From: Enterobacter phage Phc
Direction: 5' to 3' (one strand)
Sequence record: MZ669808.1
Length of the DNA: 52,117 nucleotides
The notes under the pieces are model-generated. The model had not been told where the DNA came from. It saw only the letters and a program-made list of their open reading frames with translations, and did not search any database. A program made the translations under genes and the position numbers. Positions 1-9,293 of this stretch are shown here, one piece after another; position 1 is the stretch's first letter; every line of letters begins with the position of its first letter.

Positions 1-2
1 AG

Positions 3-74
3 GCGTTTGCAGCATACGAAAGTATGAAGCAGGTATCTGACGCTTTCTACGACAACTTTGACGTTGAGGAGTAG
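3..74 (+). CDS. C-terminal end of a CDS truncated by the window edge (...AFAAYESMKQVSDAFYDNFDVEE*)
   Basis: Open frame from base 3 to TAG at 72-74, immediately upstream of the next ORF. Confidence 0.55.
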   Translation, partial: AFAAYESMKQVSDAFYDNFDVEE

Positions 75-77
75 GAC

Positions 78-308
78 ATGATCGTAAAGAACAAGTTAGG
101 AGACTACCACGTCAGCGACAAAACCGTCGAGCATGGTTTCGGCTGGGGCGGCGGTATCTACTTTCGCACCAAAACAGGCAAGTGGAAGTTTAACGGTATT
201 GGTCAGCCAGTAGCCAACGCTAAAGAGGTCGACAAGAACGACATCAACCAGGAAACTAAACTCCCATGGGGCTTAGATCCAGCAACTTATCAGAAGGTGG
301 AATCATGA
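78..308 (+). CDS. hypothetical protein
   Basis: ORF with ATG after GAGGAGTAGGAC; overlaps next ORF. Confidence 0.7.
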   Translation: MIVKNKLGDYHVSDKTVEHGFGWGGGIYFRTKTGKWKFNGIGQPVANAKEVDKNDINQETKLPWGLDPATYQKVES

Positions 309-616
309 AACTGTTATGTGTCAACTCACCAGTGAAAGGCCTCATCAAAGAGGGCAAGGCTTACGACATCGTTAACGAGAGCAGCGCGGCGACAACCAAA
401 GTCATCTTTGACGAGTTCGGCGTTGCGTTCTACCTGACTCCGGTTCCTGGCTCGGCTGGCCTGTATCAATCACGACTCGGTAACGGCGTGTTCCTGTTCC
501 GCATGGTTGACGGTGGTTTCGAAAAGCACCAGAAGAAGCTACGCAACGAGCGCCGGATTGAGCTTGCGATCCTGTTCGCTGGCGCGGTCCTGGTAACGGC
601 TTACATGTTAATTTAG
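305..616 (+). CDS. hypothetical protein with C-terminal hydrophobic segment
   Basis: Internal ATG of the 266..616 ORF (MKLLCVNSPVKG...), overlaps previous stop; ends LAILFAGAVLVTAYMLI. Confidence 0.65.
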   Translation: MKLLCVNSPVKGLIKEGKAYDIVNESSAATTKVIFDEFGVAFYLTPVPGSAGLYQSRLGNGVFLFRMVDGGFEKHQKKLRNERRIELAILFAGAVLVTAYMLI

Positions 617-624
617 GGGTAACA

Positions 625-915
625 GTGGACGGCGAAAACATGCGCTTTTACCCCTCCACGGCTGGAGGGGTTAAAACTCACTACATGCACGACTTGCCAC
701 CAGGCCTGACGATGAAACGCATTCGCGAGGTTGGCAAGGAGTACGCAAAGAACGCGGGGCTACAGTTCAAAGCCAAGAAGATCAGAGGCCGCAACCTCCT
801 GGTCATTCGTATGAGCTTCGTCCCCTGGTTGATGGATGACTTCTCTTTTGCAGACGGGGTCAAGGGTTGTCAGTGTGACGCGTGCGAGCGCTGGTATAAG
901 GAATCAGGAAAATGA
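625..915 (+). CDS. hypothetical protein
   Basis: ORF in a tightly packed co-directional array. Confidence 0.6.
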   Translation: MDGENMRFYPSTAGGVKTHYMHDLPPGLTMKRIREVGKEYAKNAGLQFKAKKIRGRNLLVIRMSFVPWLMDDFSFADGVKGCQCDACERWYKESGK

Positions 916-1121
916 TTAAGCGTTTAAAGCCGATTGATATCCGCCCTGGTGATCTGGTTTATTGCGGGTACACTGGTAAAAAGAAATGGCGTCGACTTGA
1001 GTTGCGAGACATCGTTTCAGCCTGGCGATATTCGCTTCACTTTGACGGCTGGAGCATTAGCGCCGGATCTGGATGTGAGTTCCTTGTCAAGCAAAAGCGT
1101 CGATTGCCGCATGGTTTCTAA
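912..1121 (+). CDS. hypothetical protein
   Basis: ORF overlapping upstream stop by 4 nt. Confidence 0.55.
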   Translation: MIKRLKPIDIRPGDLVYCGYTGKKKWRRLELRDIVSAWRYSLHFDGWSISAGSGCEFLVKQKRRLPHGF

Positions 1122-1122
1122 A

Positions 1123-1165
1123 TAGCACGAATTGCTAAAACGGGATGCTCGCTGACTGGTATATT
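1123..1165 (+). promoter_or_regulatory. Operator-type promoter A: TAGCACGAATTGCTA -N22- TATATT
   Basis: 15-bp element 1123-1137, -10 at 1160-1165; member of 20-copy family. Confidence 0.85.
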
Positions 1166-1197
1166 GTGTGCATCCCAACACGAAAGAGGTCAAAGAG

Positions 1198-1434
1198 ATG
1201 GAATTAGCTAAAGTTATCGCAGCAATTATGGAAGCGCTTCACAGTGATTCCGAGGCGATCGTTGTCTTTGATGAAAAGGAGTCTAAAGGCATTCAGTCAA
1301 TCACTTTTTACAGTGACGACGAGGACGGATTGACGGCACACCTAACCGCAGCGACCGGAACAGGAGAGCGTGACTTTAAAAGCGCACTCGGCCTGGTAGT
1401 CTACCATTCACGATCAATCACAGAGGTTATTTAA
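1198..1434 (+). CDS. hypothetical acidic protein (MELAKVIAAIMEALH...)
   Basis: ORF start re-assigned to ATG after AAAGAG; lies downstream of promoter A. Confidence 0.7.
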   Translation: MELAKVIAAIMEALHSDSEAIVVFDEKESKGIQSITFYSDDEDGLTAHLTAATGTGERDFKSALGLVVYHSRSITEVI

Positions 1435-1435
1435 C

Positions 1436-1948
1436 ATGAAACAGAAAAGCATGATCGCAACAGCCGTCTCATTCGTCGCACCTTACACAATGAACGGATT
1501 CACGGCTGGCAAGCGCTACTTCTCCAACGAAGGCGCGTATATCTGGCAGCGAGAAAACGGAGACGTTTACGGCATTGGCCGGACTGGTGTCACTGACGAC
1601 AACGGACACGATCGCGTTGTCTGCATGGTTGAGACGAGCATTTTCAACGGTGAAACACTCGTAGCTCGAATCGAACACGAGTATGATGAAAACGCTGTGA
1701 TCCGTAAGCGCAACCGATATCGCCGGATGGTAATTAACGCCTTTGCTATGTACGCCTCACGCTGGTGGAACATGAGCAAGAAACAGGCTCGAGCCTGGGG
1801 GCGAATGCAAGCTGAGCCGTTTTTCTACGATGACGGTACTCTCGTTGAAAACACCATCGTAAGCGACTATGTAGACATGGTTAAGCTGTGGGAAGTAGAT
1901 CAAGAGCTTTTCAATGATGCTGTTTACGAGGAAATCTCCTGTTGGTAA
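1436..1948 (+). CDS. hypothetical protein
   Basis: 170-aa ORF. Confidence 0.65.
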   Translation: MKQKSMIATAVSFVAPYTMNGFTAGKRYFSNEGAYIWQRENGDVYGIGRTGVTDDNGHDRVVCMVETSIFNGETLVARIEHEYDENAVIRKRNRYRRMVINAFAMYASRWWNMSKKQARAWGRMQAEPFFYDDGTLVENTIVSDYVDMVKLWEVDQELFNDAVYEEISCW

Positions 1949-1949
1949 A

Positions 1950-1992
1950 TAGCACGAATTGCTAATCTTGCGCGAGGTCACTTTGGTATAGT
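1950..1992 (+). promoter_or_regulatory. Operator-type promoter B: TAGCACGAATTGCTA -N22- TATAGT
   Basis: Element 1950-1964, -10 1987-1992; perfect inverted repeat GAGGTCACT/AGTGACCTC surrounds the -10. Confidence 0.87.
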
Positions 1993-2037
1993 GACCTCAT
2001 TCAAGCAAGGCAATCAATCAACCAATGAGGTATTACA

Positions 2038-2838
2038 ATGTCTAAATTAATTCTCCGCGCTCTTTTCAGTAGTGACAAATTCACCTTTGACAAGCGCTAT
2101 GATTCTCTAAATGGCGAGAAGGGCGCAACCATTGCGGATGGTCACTGGGTAAAAAATGACCTTGGCAACTATGCTTTTATCCCTGGCAACCAGATCAAAA
2201 CTGGCCTCAACGATGACGGTAAAACAGATTTCCGCTTTGAGCTTATGTTGCAGTTTGACGCGCCAAGACTTTCCGATGAAATCAAGGAGCAGGTTGCGAA
2301 AAGTATTGAATCGGCCTGTAAGCCTGGCGGCATTATTCATTCCGCTTTTAAGGGTTATCCTGCTGGTGGTTTATTTAGTGTCGAGAATGCCGCTAATAGC
2401 ATTGTTAAAAATTCGGTAGTCAGTAATGCAACCATTACCAACGCGGCTCAACCTAAAAAAAACGGAATGCACACCACCAAAGACGGCGGGGTAGAGTTCT
2501 GGTCTAACGGAGTTTGCAAGGTTCGCGTTGGCGGGATGGGTATCAACAAGCCAACCGTTCAGGAAATCAAGGCCAATGAGCACGACAAGGCGGTTGACGA
2601 GTTGGATAAATACCTTCCAGCGTACCGACAATCGGGTAAAGGTTTCCAGCTTTCCGAAAGCGTAGAATGGTTAGGAAAGCTGAATGCAGCTCACCAAAAA
2701 GACTGCATTAAATACGAGGCAATAATTGAGAACCTCATGGAAGCTTTTGACATCAAGACTCACGATCGGCTTGCAGACTTGGCTCAAAACCTGGTTAAGT
2801 CAAAGCGCGTAATTGATAAAGTCAATAAAGCGAAATAG
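2038..2838 (+). CDS. hypothetical protein, 266 aa
   Basis: ORF with GAGG upstream; stop TAG is the first three bases of the next operator element. Confidence 0.8.
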   Translation: MSKLILRALFSSDKFTFDKRYDSLNGEKGATIADGHWVKNDLGNYAFIPGNQIKTGLNDDGKTDFRFELMLQFDAPRLSDEIKEQVAKSIESACKPGGIIHSAFKGYPAGGLFSVENAANSIVKNSVVSNATITNAAQPKKNGMHTTKDGGVEFWSNGVCKVRVGGMGINKPTVQEIKANEHDKAVDELDKYLPAYRQSGKGFQLSESVEWLGKLNAAHQKDCIKYEAIIENLMEAFDIKTHDRLADLAQNLVKSKRVIDKVNKAK

Positions 2839-2878
2839 CACGAATTGCTAAAACAATGCCGCCGAAAGGCGGTATTAT
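2836..2878 (+). promoter_or_regulatory. Operator-type promoter C: TAGCACGAATTGCTA -N22- TATTAT
   Basis: Element 2836-2850, -10 2873-2878, CCGCC-gaaa-GGCGG hairpin abuts the -10. Confidence 0.9.
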
Positions 2879-2907
2879 CATCTCATCGAAACAAAGGAGC
2901 TATAGAG

Positions 2908-3141
2908 ATGAAAAAATCCAGATATTGCAAAATTCAGATTGTGAACGTCGAAAGCCGATTTGACGATGATAGCTTAACACTTCACGAGTGCGGCGTTGAA
3001 GTTAACGAGATTTTTTACGCTGACGTTTACGGCAGCGGAAACGCCTGGATTCGCGCAAAGAGTGACAATGCAGACAAGAGTATTCTTGCTGGTGATAATC
3101 TAACTGTTGATTTCGGTGACTATATTGAGGTGGCGGAATGA
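2908..3141 (+). CDS. hypothetical protein (MKKSRYCKIQIVN...)
   Basis: ATG preceded by AAAGGAGC; downstream of promoter C. Confidence 0.75.
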   Translation: MKKSRYCKIQIVNVESRFDDDSLTLHECGVEVNEIFYADVYGSGNAWIRAKSDNADKSILAGDNLTVDFGDYIEVAE

Positions 3142-3497
3142 AGCGCATTTGGGTTCACACGTACACAACCGGATCGGCAACCAACCCGCGCACGATTGAG
3201 AAGGTTCGCCACGATTACGACGAAGCGCACGAGCAACATCGTTTGCTGGGAGGCACGCTGGAGATGTTCTTTAGTGGATATTCTCGCGAGAGTGACGACA
3301 TGGTAGACTCGATCAAGTGGTTCCGTGAGCAATACGAGTGCAAGTTCGATCCTGAGCCTCTTGTTCAGATGTTAGGGCGAGGAATGCGAAAAATGCCTGA
3401 ATTCCCTGGTCAGGTTGAGTTATCCGTTCCGACAGGCTTAAGCGGGTTCGGTGGTCGCTGTATCTTTATTGACATTAACGACGGAGAGAAAAAATGA
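3138..3497 (+). CDS. hypothetical protein
   Basis: ORF, 4-nt overlap coupling. Confidence 0.7.
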   Translation: MKRIWVHTYTTGSATNPRTIEKVRHDYDEAHEQHRLLGGTLEMFFSGYSRESDDMVDSIKWFREQYECKFDPEPLVQMLGRGMRKMPEFPGQVELSVPTGLSGFGGRCIFIDINDGEKK

Positions 3498-3859
3498 AAG
3501 CGACAATCAATTTACCAAAGAATGCGATCTACATGATTCACGCCGCGCCAAGCGCTGCAACTGCTGGTTGCGTCCTGGTTCACGTTGACCGCTACGGCGT
3601 GCCTCGCTCTTTGATGTCGGGTTTCAAAATGGGATTCCTTGTTTTCCCTTGCGAGTCCTGGATTGACAATGTTCATACATGCCATATGGTGGCAAGCCAC
3701 GAGCCTGACGTAACCAAGATCACAAAGCGCCGCATCAAGCAGATCGTAAAGCACTGGAAACGCAACGCTGATATCTGCAATAATGCAGAGGAGCAAGGCG
3801 ACCTGTTGCCCGTATTGTCCTGGTACGGCGGTTTCGTACCAAGCCCACAAAACAAGTAA
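3494..3859 (+). CDS. hypothetical protein
   Basis: ORF, 4-nt overlap coupling. Confidence 0.7.
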   Translation: MKATINLPKNAIYMIHAAPSAATAGCVLVHVDRYGVPRSLMSGFKMGFLVFPCESWIDNVHTCHMVASHEPDVTKITKRRIKQIVKHWKRNADICNNAEEQGDLLPVLSWYGGFVPSPQNK

Positions 3860-3926
3860 TTTTTCACCATGATTTAAAGCACCTCAATCGCATTGTGAGG
3901 GGCGCAAATTTAAGAGGTATGTTTTT

Positions 3927-4157
3927 ATGTTTGGACTGTCAGAAGCGCACTGGAACATTGTCAAGCGAGCAGCTCGCGGCCTTAACGATGCAATCAGTGA
4001 GCTACCTAAAGCAGACCGAAAGAAAGAGTCCGTTGTGATTGAGGTCATCACCAAGCATCACAAGCCAGTTGAAACTTTAATTGACCGATACAAATTCGTC
4101 TGGACTGCCGGATACCTGGCGGGGCGAGTCGGTAACAAGGAGGGCGATTATGAGTAA
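3927..4157 (+). CDS. hypothetical protein
   Basis: ORF. Confidence 0.6.
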   Translation: MFGLSEAHWNIVKRAARGLNDAISELPKADRKKESVVIEVITKHHKPVETLIDRYKFVWTAGYLAGRVGNKEGDYE

Positions 4158-4347
4158 GATCAAGAAGGGTGACATCATCAAGTGTGTAACATCTTTGATG
4201 GATGGTTGCTTTATGGCTGGGTGTGAGTATCCGGTCGAGAAGGTTGACTCAGACGGTTTCGCTTTTGTGTACAACGATAACGGAGAGCAATGCGCGATCG
4301 ACTACCCTCACGATCCTGATTACGGAAAGTTTGAAAAAGTAGATTGA
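4150..4347 (+). CDS. hypothetical protein (MSKIKKGDIIKCVTS...)
   Basis: Internal ATG overlapping upstream ORF. Confidence 0.65.
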   Translation: MSKIKKGDIIKCVTSLMDGCFMAGCEYPVEKVDSDGFAFVYNDNGEQCAIDYPHDPDYGKFEKVD

Positions 4348-4372
4348 CGGCGCTCACTCTGACTGGTACATT
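4344..4372 (+). promoter_or_regulatory. Conventional sigma70-like promoter TTGACG -N17- TACATT
   Basis: -35 at 4344-4349 and -10 at 4367-4372, no operator element. Confidence 0.6.
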
Positions 4373-4400
4373 AACAACCGTAGACAGAAGAGGCGCTTAC

Positions 4401-4457
4401 ATGCGCAACTTGCCGAGAAAGGCGAACAAAATAAATCGGGCATCCGTGAATGCGTAG
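4401..4457 (+). CDS. possible 18-aa leader peptide MRNLPRKANKINRASVNA
   Basis: Small ORF between promoter and ORF 4505, followed by GGGGG/CCCCC hairpin. Confidence 0.3.
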   Translation: MRNLPRKANKINRASVNA

Positions 4458-4504
4458 ACGCCTGGGGGAGTCGTAACCCCCAACCATTCAAAGGAGATTG
4501 ACGA

Positions 4505-4690
4505 ATGCTTTACGACGTCAAAATCACTATTCGCAAGTTAGGCCGAGCGTGCGCAACTTGCAAGCAAGATCTCGTTGGTCAGTTTGAAGCTGATTCAGCA
4601 GAAGGAGCGGTAAAGGCCGCAAAAGATAGTGTGAGCGTCGATTGGGATACTCACCAGGCGTTAATTAACTATGTAAGGAAATCATCATGA
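4505..4690 (+). CDS. hypothetical protein
   Basis: ORF with AAAGGAG upstream. Confidence 0.65.
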   Translation: MLYDVKITIRKLGRACATCKQDLVGQFEADSAEGAVKAAKDSVSVDWDTHQALINYVRKSS

Positions 4691-5052
4691 TTATTACGAT
4701 CATTCTCTGTATCATCTCTTTTGTGCTTGGTGGCGGATTAACCTTCTTCGCCATTGCCGCTGGAATCCATGAATGCGCGAAAGGCGGCGTGTTAGCAGCA
4801 GCGTTTTACTCAGAAAAGCGCGGTCGCTGGGAGGTTCTCGGTAGTTACCTTACTGTGGCGGGCAAGATCAGCAACATCCTGCGATCAAACGATGCAGTAG
4901 AAAAACTTCACTATGTTGACCTTGAGCCAAAGCCAAAGAAAAACAAGGAGCCACTTAGCAAACGATTTAAAGTGAAGTTGGGAATCAAGCGATCCGGTAA
5001 AGGCTGGCGACTTGGCAATAAGAAGTCAGGCAACTTCAAACAAAGTGAATAA
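4687..5052 (+). CDS. hypothetical membrane protein with N-terminal TM segment
   Basis: MIITIILCIISFVLGGGLTFFAIAAG N-terminus. Confidence 0.65.
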   Translation: MIITIILCIISFVLGGGLTFFAIAAGIHECAKGGVLAAAFYSEKRGRWEVLGSYLTVAGKISNILRSNDAVEKLHYVDLEPKPKKNKEPLSKRFKVKLGIKRSGKGWRLGNKKSGNFKQSE

Positions 5053-5057
5053 AAACT

Positions 5058-5081
5058 AACCCGCTTCGGCGGGTTTTTTTT
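5058..5081 (+). terminator. rho-independent terminator AACCCGC-ttcg-GCGGGTT-T8
   Basis: perfect 7-bp stem, TTCG loop, T-run. Confidence 0.9.
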
Positions 5082-5095
5082 CGTCTGCAATCTGG

Positions 5096-5101
5096 TATAA
5101 T
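5096..5101 (+). promoter_or_regulatory. -10 box TATAAT of promoter for the packaging genes
   Basis: Perfect TATAAT directly after a terminator T-run and 27 nt before the TerS ATG. Confidence 0.6.
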
Positions 5102-5127
5102 CAGGAAACAAACAAAGGAGCGCAGAA

Positions 5128-5658
5128 ATGAAAGACATCAAGAGCGCAAACGAGCGCATTACAGAGCGCGGCAACTTCAAAGAGTTGTACCGCAAAAAGT
5201 TCGGTGACGTGATCTCCCGCACTAAAGTTTTAACTCCTGAGCAGCTTTTTGATATGGGGGTTGCCTATTTCGAATGGGCTGAGACCAACCAGATTAAGGC
5301 GGCTGAAACCGCATCCTTCCAGGGTGAGGTTAGCGAGAGCCTGGTTCACAAGGTTCGCGTTTTCACCCTCAACGGGTTCGCGCTGTTTTCCGGATGTACT
5401 CTCAACACCCTGAACCGATATCGATCCGAGCCAGGTTATGCAGAGGTGATGGAGTTCATTGACTCTGTGGTTTACGAGCAGAAATTCCAGCTTGCGGCTA
5501 ACGGCATGGTCAACCCTGGCTTTATTGGTAAAGACCTGGGAATTGATAAGCCAGCAAACATCACGGTTGAAACCATCGCCAGCGCTCAAAGTAACGCAGT
5601 CGGAACAGTTGAGCAGCAAATGGAGCAGGCCGTTTCTAACGTGCTTGACAGCCTGTAA
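5128..5658 (+). CDS. putative terminase small subunit
   Basis: 176-aa ORF directly upstream of TerL, SD AAAGGAG. Confidence 0.65.
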   Translation: MKDIKSANERITERGNFKELYRKKFGDVISRTKVLTPEQLFDMGVAYFEWAETNQIKAAETASFQGEVSESLVHKVRVFTLNGFALFSGCTLNTLNRYRSEPGYAEVMEFIDSVVYEQKFQLAANGMVNPGFIGKDLGIDKPANITVETIASAQSNAVGTVEQQMEQAVSNVLDSL

Positions 5659-5669
5659 AAGGAGGTCAT

Positions 5670-7232
5670 ATGTTGATATGGGAAGATATGACCGCACAGG
5701 AAAAGCTGGCTGTCAAGATGATGAGCAAGCACTCGTTTGAGAAGATGATCCGGATCTGGTTCCAGTTACAGCAGGCGCAAAAGTTCCTTCCAAACTGGCA
5801 CCACTTATGGCTATGTCATGAGGTTGAGGAAATCATTGCAGGTCGAAGGGGGAACACGATTTTTAACGTGACACCAGGCTCCGGTAAAACTGAGGTGTTC
5901 TCTATACACCTACCAGTGTATTCAATGATAAACCTCAAGAAGGTTCGAAACCTTAACGTATCTTTTGCTGACAGCCTTGTTAAACGAAACTCAAAACGAG
6001 TGAGGGAAATCATCGCCTCTAAAGAGTTCCAAGAGCTATGGCCTTGCAAGTTTGCAACGTCAAAGGATGACGAAATCCAGATCCTAAACGGTGACGATAA
6101 GGTTTGGTTTGAGCTTATCTCAAAGGCCGCTGGTGGTCAGATTACGGGTTCTCGTGGCGGATACATGACGGATGGTTTCTCCGGCATGGTAATGCTTGAC
6201 GATATCGACAAGCCAGATGACATGTTTTCAAAGGTGAAGCGAGAGAGAACTCACACGCTGTTGAAAAACACCATTCGATCACGACGAATGAAGGACTCAA
6301 CGCCAATCATCGCAATCCAGCAGAGGCTACACGCGCAGGACTCCACCTGGTTTATGATGAACGGCGGCATGGGTATAGAGTTTGACCAGATTTCGATCCC
6401 AGCCCTCGTTACAGAGGAATACGGCGAATCGCTCCCTGACTGGTTGAAACCTCATTTCGTTAAAGACGTCTTGAGTTCGGAGTTCGTCGAAATTGACGGC
6501 GTTAAGCATTACTCATTCTGGCCTCAAAAGGAAAGCGTTCACGATCTTATGGCGTTGCGCGAGGCTGACCTTTACACGTTTGAATCTCAGTATCAACAGC
6601 GACCGATAGCACTCGGCGGCTCCGTGTTTAATGCAGATTGGTGGACGTATTACGGACACTCACTGGAAGCGCATGAGCCATACCCTGAAAAATGGGAGTA
6701 CCGATTCATAACGGCGGATACCGCTCAGAAGAAAGGCGAGCTTAATGACTACTCTGTCTTTATCCTGTGGGGTCGCAAGGGTGATAAGGTCTACTTCATC
6801 GACGGCGTAAGGGGTAAGTTTGACGCGCCGGAATTGAGGACTGAGTTTGAGGCGTTCGTTAAAAAGTGCTGGCGTGACAACAAGGCGCAAGGCGTGCTAC
6901 GTAAAATCTACGTAGAGGACAAGGCGAGCGGGACGGGTTTGATTCAGGATATGGAGAAGAAACTCCCGATCAAGATCACACCGCTACAGCGTGATAAGGA
7001 CAAGGTTACTCGCGCGATGGATGCTCAGCCAGTAATCAAGGCTGGTCGTGTTGTACTGCCGGAGTCTCACCATATGCTTGCCGAGTTCGTTGCGGAACAT
7101 AGCGCTTTCACGTATGATGATACTCACCCTCACGACGATATCGTAGATAACACGATGGATGCCGTGAACGAGGAGCTTAACATTGCAAGCGATCCGGTTG
7201 CACGAATGAAGCGGCTTGCTGGCATGAAATAA
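5670..7232 (+). CDS. terminase large subunit
   Basis: Walker-like region (NTPGSGKTEVFS), MVMLDDID, RRMKDSTPIIAIQQRLH and nuclease-like FITADTAQKK...; GGAGG SD. Confidence 0.9.
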   Translation: MLIWEDMTAQEKLAVKMMSKHSFEKMIRIWFQLQQAQKFLPNWHHLWLCHEVEEIIAGRRGNTIFNVTPGSGKTEVFSIHLPVYSMINLKKVRNLNVSFADSLVKRNSKRVREIIASKEFQELWPCKFATSKDDEIQILNGDDKVWFELISKAAGGQITGSRGGYMTDGFSGMVMLDDIDKPDDMFSKVKRERTHTLLKNTIRSRRMKDSTPIIAIQQRLHAQDSTWFMMNGGMGIEFDQISIPALVTEEYGESLPDWLKPHFVKDVLSSEFVEIDGVKHYSFWPQKESVHDLMALREADLYTFESQYQQRPIALGGSVFNADWWTYYGHSLEAHEPYPEKWEYRFITADTAQKKGELNDYSVFILWGRKGDKVYFIDGVRGKFDAPELRTEFEAFVKKCWRDNKAQGVLRKIYVEDKASGTGLIQDMEKKLPIKITPLQRDKDKVTRAMDAQPVIKAGRVVLPESHHMLAEFVAEHSAFTYDDTHPHDDIVDNTMDAVNEELNIASDPVARMKRLAGMK

Positions 7233-7270
7233 ACGGAGGGGCGAAAGCCCCTCATTAACGAGGGCTATAT

Positions 7271-8557
7271 ATGAAAAAGGTTAAGTCAGACGGATATAAC
7301 CAAACGTTCGGGAGTGATGACGGCTCCGAGGGTTGCGGCATTGTCTCATTCCTCGGTACTGGCGCGGCGATTCAAGATCCGTTAGTTGCTTTCTACTATG
7401 AAAACAACATTGCTCGACGCATTGTTGATGTGATTCCGGAGGAGATGGTTGCTCCTGGCTTTAAGGTTAACGGCGTTAGCGATAACGACGCTTTCCAGTC
7501 GGAATGGACAGCCAAAAAGCTGGACGCTCAAATCGTCGACGCTCTTTGTTGGTCTCGCCTATTCGGCGGTTCAGCTATTCTTGCAATGGTCAATGACCGC
7601 AGAAACCTGAAGTCACCAGTTGGCGATGGTACTCTTGAATCAGTGCGGGTTTACGACAAGACGCAGATTGAGATCGCAGAGAAGGAAACCAACCCTCGAA
7701 ACGTTCGCTTTGGCCTGCCTAAGCTGTACACAATCAAGCCGGATGACGGTCTTGAGTTTGACGTTCATTATAGTCGCCTGCATATCCTGGACGGAGACCG
7801 CATCCCGAACAAACTACGCAAAGAGCTGAAAGGTTGGGGCGTGTCGGTTCTTTCTCCCGACCTGATCAAGGCGATCAAAGACTATTCAAATTGTCACTTC
7901 CTTGCTACCGAGCTACTAAAGCGAAAACAGCAGACGGTATGGAAAGCCAAAGACCTGGCGGCACTGTGTGATGACAATGAGGGTATGTATGCCGCTCGCC
8001 TGCGACTGGCTCAAGTTTCCGAAAACTCTGGCGTAGGTAAGCCAGTAGGCATTGACGCAGATGACGAGGAGTACAACATCCTTAACAGTGACATTACTGG
8101 CGTGCCTGAGTTCATGGTCATGAAAATGGATCGCATCGTTGAATTGTGCGGCATCCATGAAATCATAATCAAGAACAAAAACACTGGCGGCGTAAGCGCT
8201 AGCCAAAACACAGCATTGCAGACTTTCTACAAGCTGATCGAGCGCAAGCGAAAAGATGACCTGCAACCAATCCTTGAGTTTCTCCTGGGTTTCATGCTTA
8301 ATACAGAGGAATGGTCAGTTGAGTTCGAACCGTTGTCAATTCCGTCCGATACTGAGAAGGCGAAAATCCTCAAGGATAACGCCGAGTCTGTAAGTAAACT
8401 GGTAACGGATCAGGTGATTGACTCTGATGAGGCTCGCGAGACACTCGAAAACATGAACCTTGGACTTAAGTTGAAAGCCGGATCTCCAAAGCTACCAACG
8501 CGGGAAGAGGTGAAGAGACAACAGGCGCAGGAGAAAGAAAATGAGGTTGATTCCTAA
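7271..8557 (+). CDS. portal protein (DUF1073 type)
   Basis: Position after TerL; ENNIARRIVDVIPEEMVAPGF signature of DUF1073 portals. Confidence 0.85.
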   Translation: MKKVKSDGYNQTFGSDDGSEGCGIVSFLGTGAAIQDPLVAFYYENNIARRIVDVIPEEMVAPGFKVNGVSDNDAFQSEWTAKKLDAQIVDALCWSRLFGGSAILAMVNDRRNLKSPVGDGTLESVRVYDKTQIEIAEKETNPRNVRFGLPKLYTIKPDDGLEFDVHYSRLHILDGDRIPNKLRKELKGWGVSVLSPDLIKAIKDYSNCHFLATELLKRKQQTVWKAKDLAALCDDNEGMYAARLRLAQVSENSGVGKPVGIDADDEEYNILNSDITGVPEFMVMKMDRIVELCGIHEIIIKNKNTGGVSASQNTALQTFYKLIERKRKDDLQPILEFLLGFMLNTEEWSVEFEPLSIPSDTEKAKILKDNAESVSKLVTDQVIDSDEARETLENMNLGLKLKAGSPKLPTREEVKRQQAQEKENEVDS

Positions 8558-9293
8558 CTGGCGCTTTCCTGAATCAAGCGAGCGGCAATTAAGCCGCTCC
8601 TTACAGGAGGCAACAAGAGATTCCGTTATCCTAATGCGCGATCGGCTTGGGTCTTTGAAGTTCGACGCCGACGAGGAAGAGATCGCACAGGCCGAGGAAG
8701 ATTTGGAGGCTGAAATACTAGCCATATTCCTTTCGGTGGCTTTTGGCCTGTACGCTATAGGCCGGACGGTATACCGATTCAACTCCCAGCAGTGGCTTGC
8801 AATTGCGATCGCATCTGGCGGAAAAGACAATAGCGCCGTCATGACTCTCGACAAGTTCGGGGCAAACGAGCAAGAGCCTTGGTTTAAGCAAAAGATTGAC
8901 CTGTGGGAAGGTACGGCAAGGAATAGCGTAACCAAGCTGGCGAAAGACATCGTCGCTGACTGGTCAACAAGCGTCAGAGTTGAGGCGATGAAAGGCGCGA
9001 GCCGGAAAGAAGTAGACGCCACAATCGAAAAGCGTTACGCAATATATGGAAGCTGGTCAAAGAATCGCGCTAGTGGTATTATTGGCACGTTCAACTCTAT
9101 GCTCATGAAGCAACGACTTTATGACGCTGGGGTTGCATTCTATATCTGGCGCGGCAAGATGGACGATCGCGAAAGGGCATCCCATATTCTACTTGAGGGA
9201 GTTAAGCGCTCAGTATTTGGAAGTGGGATTTTCCCAGGAGAGGAATACAATTGCCGCTGCTGGGCTGTTCCATATTGGGGATATAAAAAGTGA
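8541..9293 (+). CDS. phage head morphogenesis / MuF-like protein
   Basis: Position and C-terminal YIWRGKMDDRERASH...FPGEEYNCRCWAVP motif. Confidence 0.85.
   Translation: MRLIPNWRFPESSERQLSRSLQEATRDSVILMRDRLGSLKFDADEEEIAQAEEDLEAEILAIFLSVAFGLYAIGRTVYRFNSQQWLAIAIASGGKDNSAVMTLDKFGANEQEPWFKQKIDLWEGTARNSVTKLAKDIVADWSTSVRVEAMKGASRKEVDATIEKRYAIYGSWSKNRASGIIGTFNSMLMKQRLYDAGVAFYIWRGKMDDRERASHILLEGVKRSVFGSGIFPGEEYNCRCWAVPYWGYKK

Noticed and set aside
1123-1137. Interpretation of the 15-bp element as a known host site (SlyA TTAGC-N2-GCTAA, OxyR ATAG-N7-CTAT, LexA CTGT-N8-ACAG)
   Set aside because: Half-site spacing does not match any of these; element has GC(T)A arms separated by a 5-bp core.
1123-1137. 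Interpretation as a T4 MotA box
   Set aside because: TTGCTA resembles the MotA box slightly but the distance to the -10 (22 bp) is wrong for a box centred at -30, and palindromic arms are not expected.
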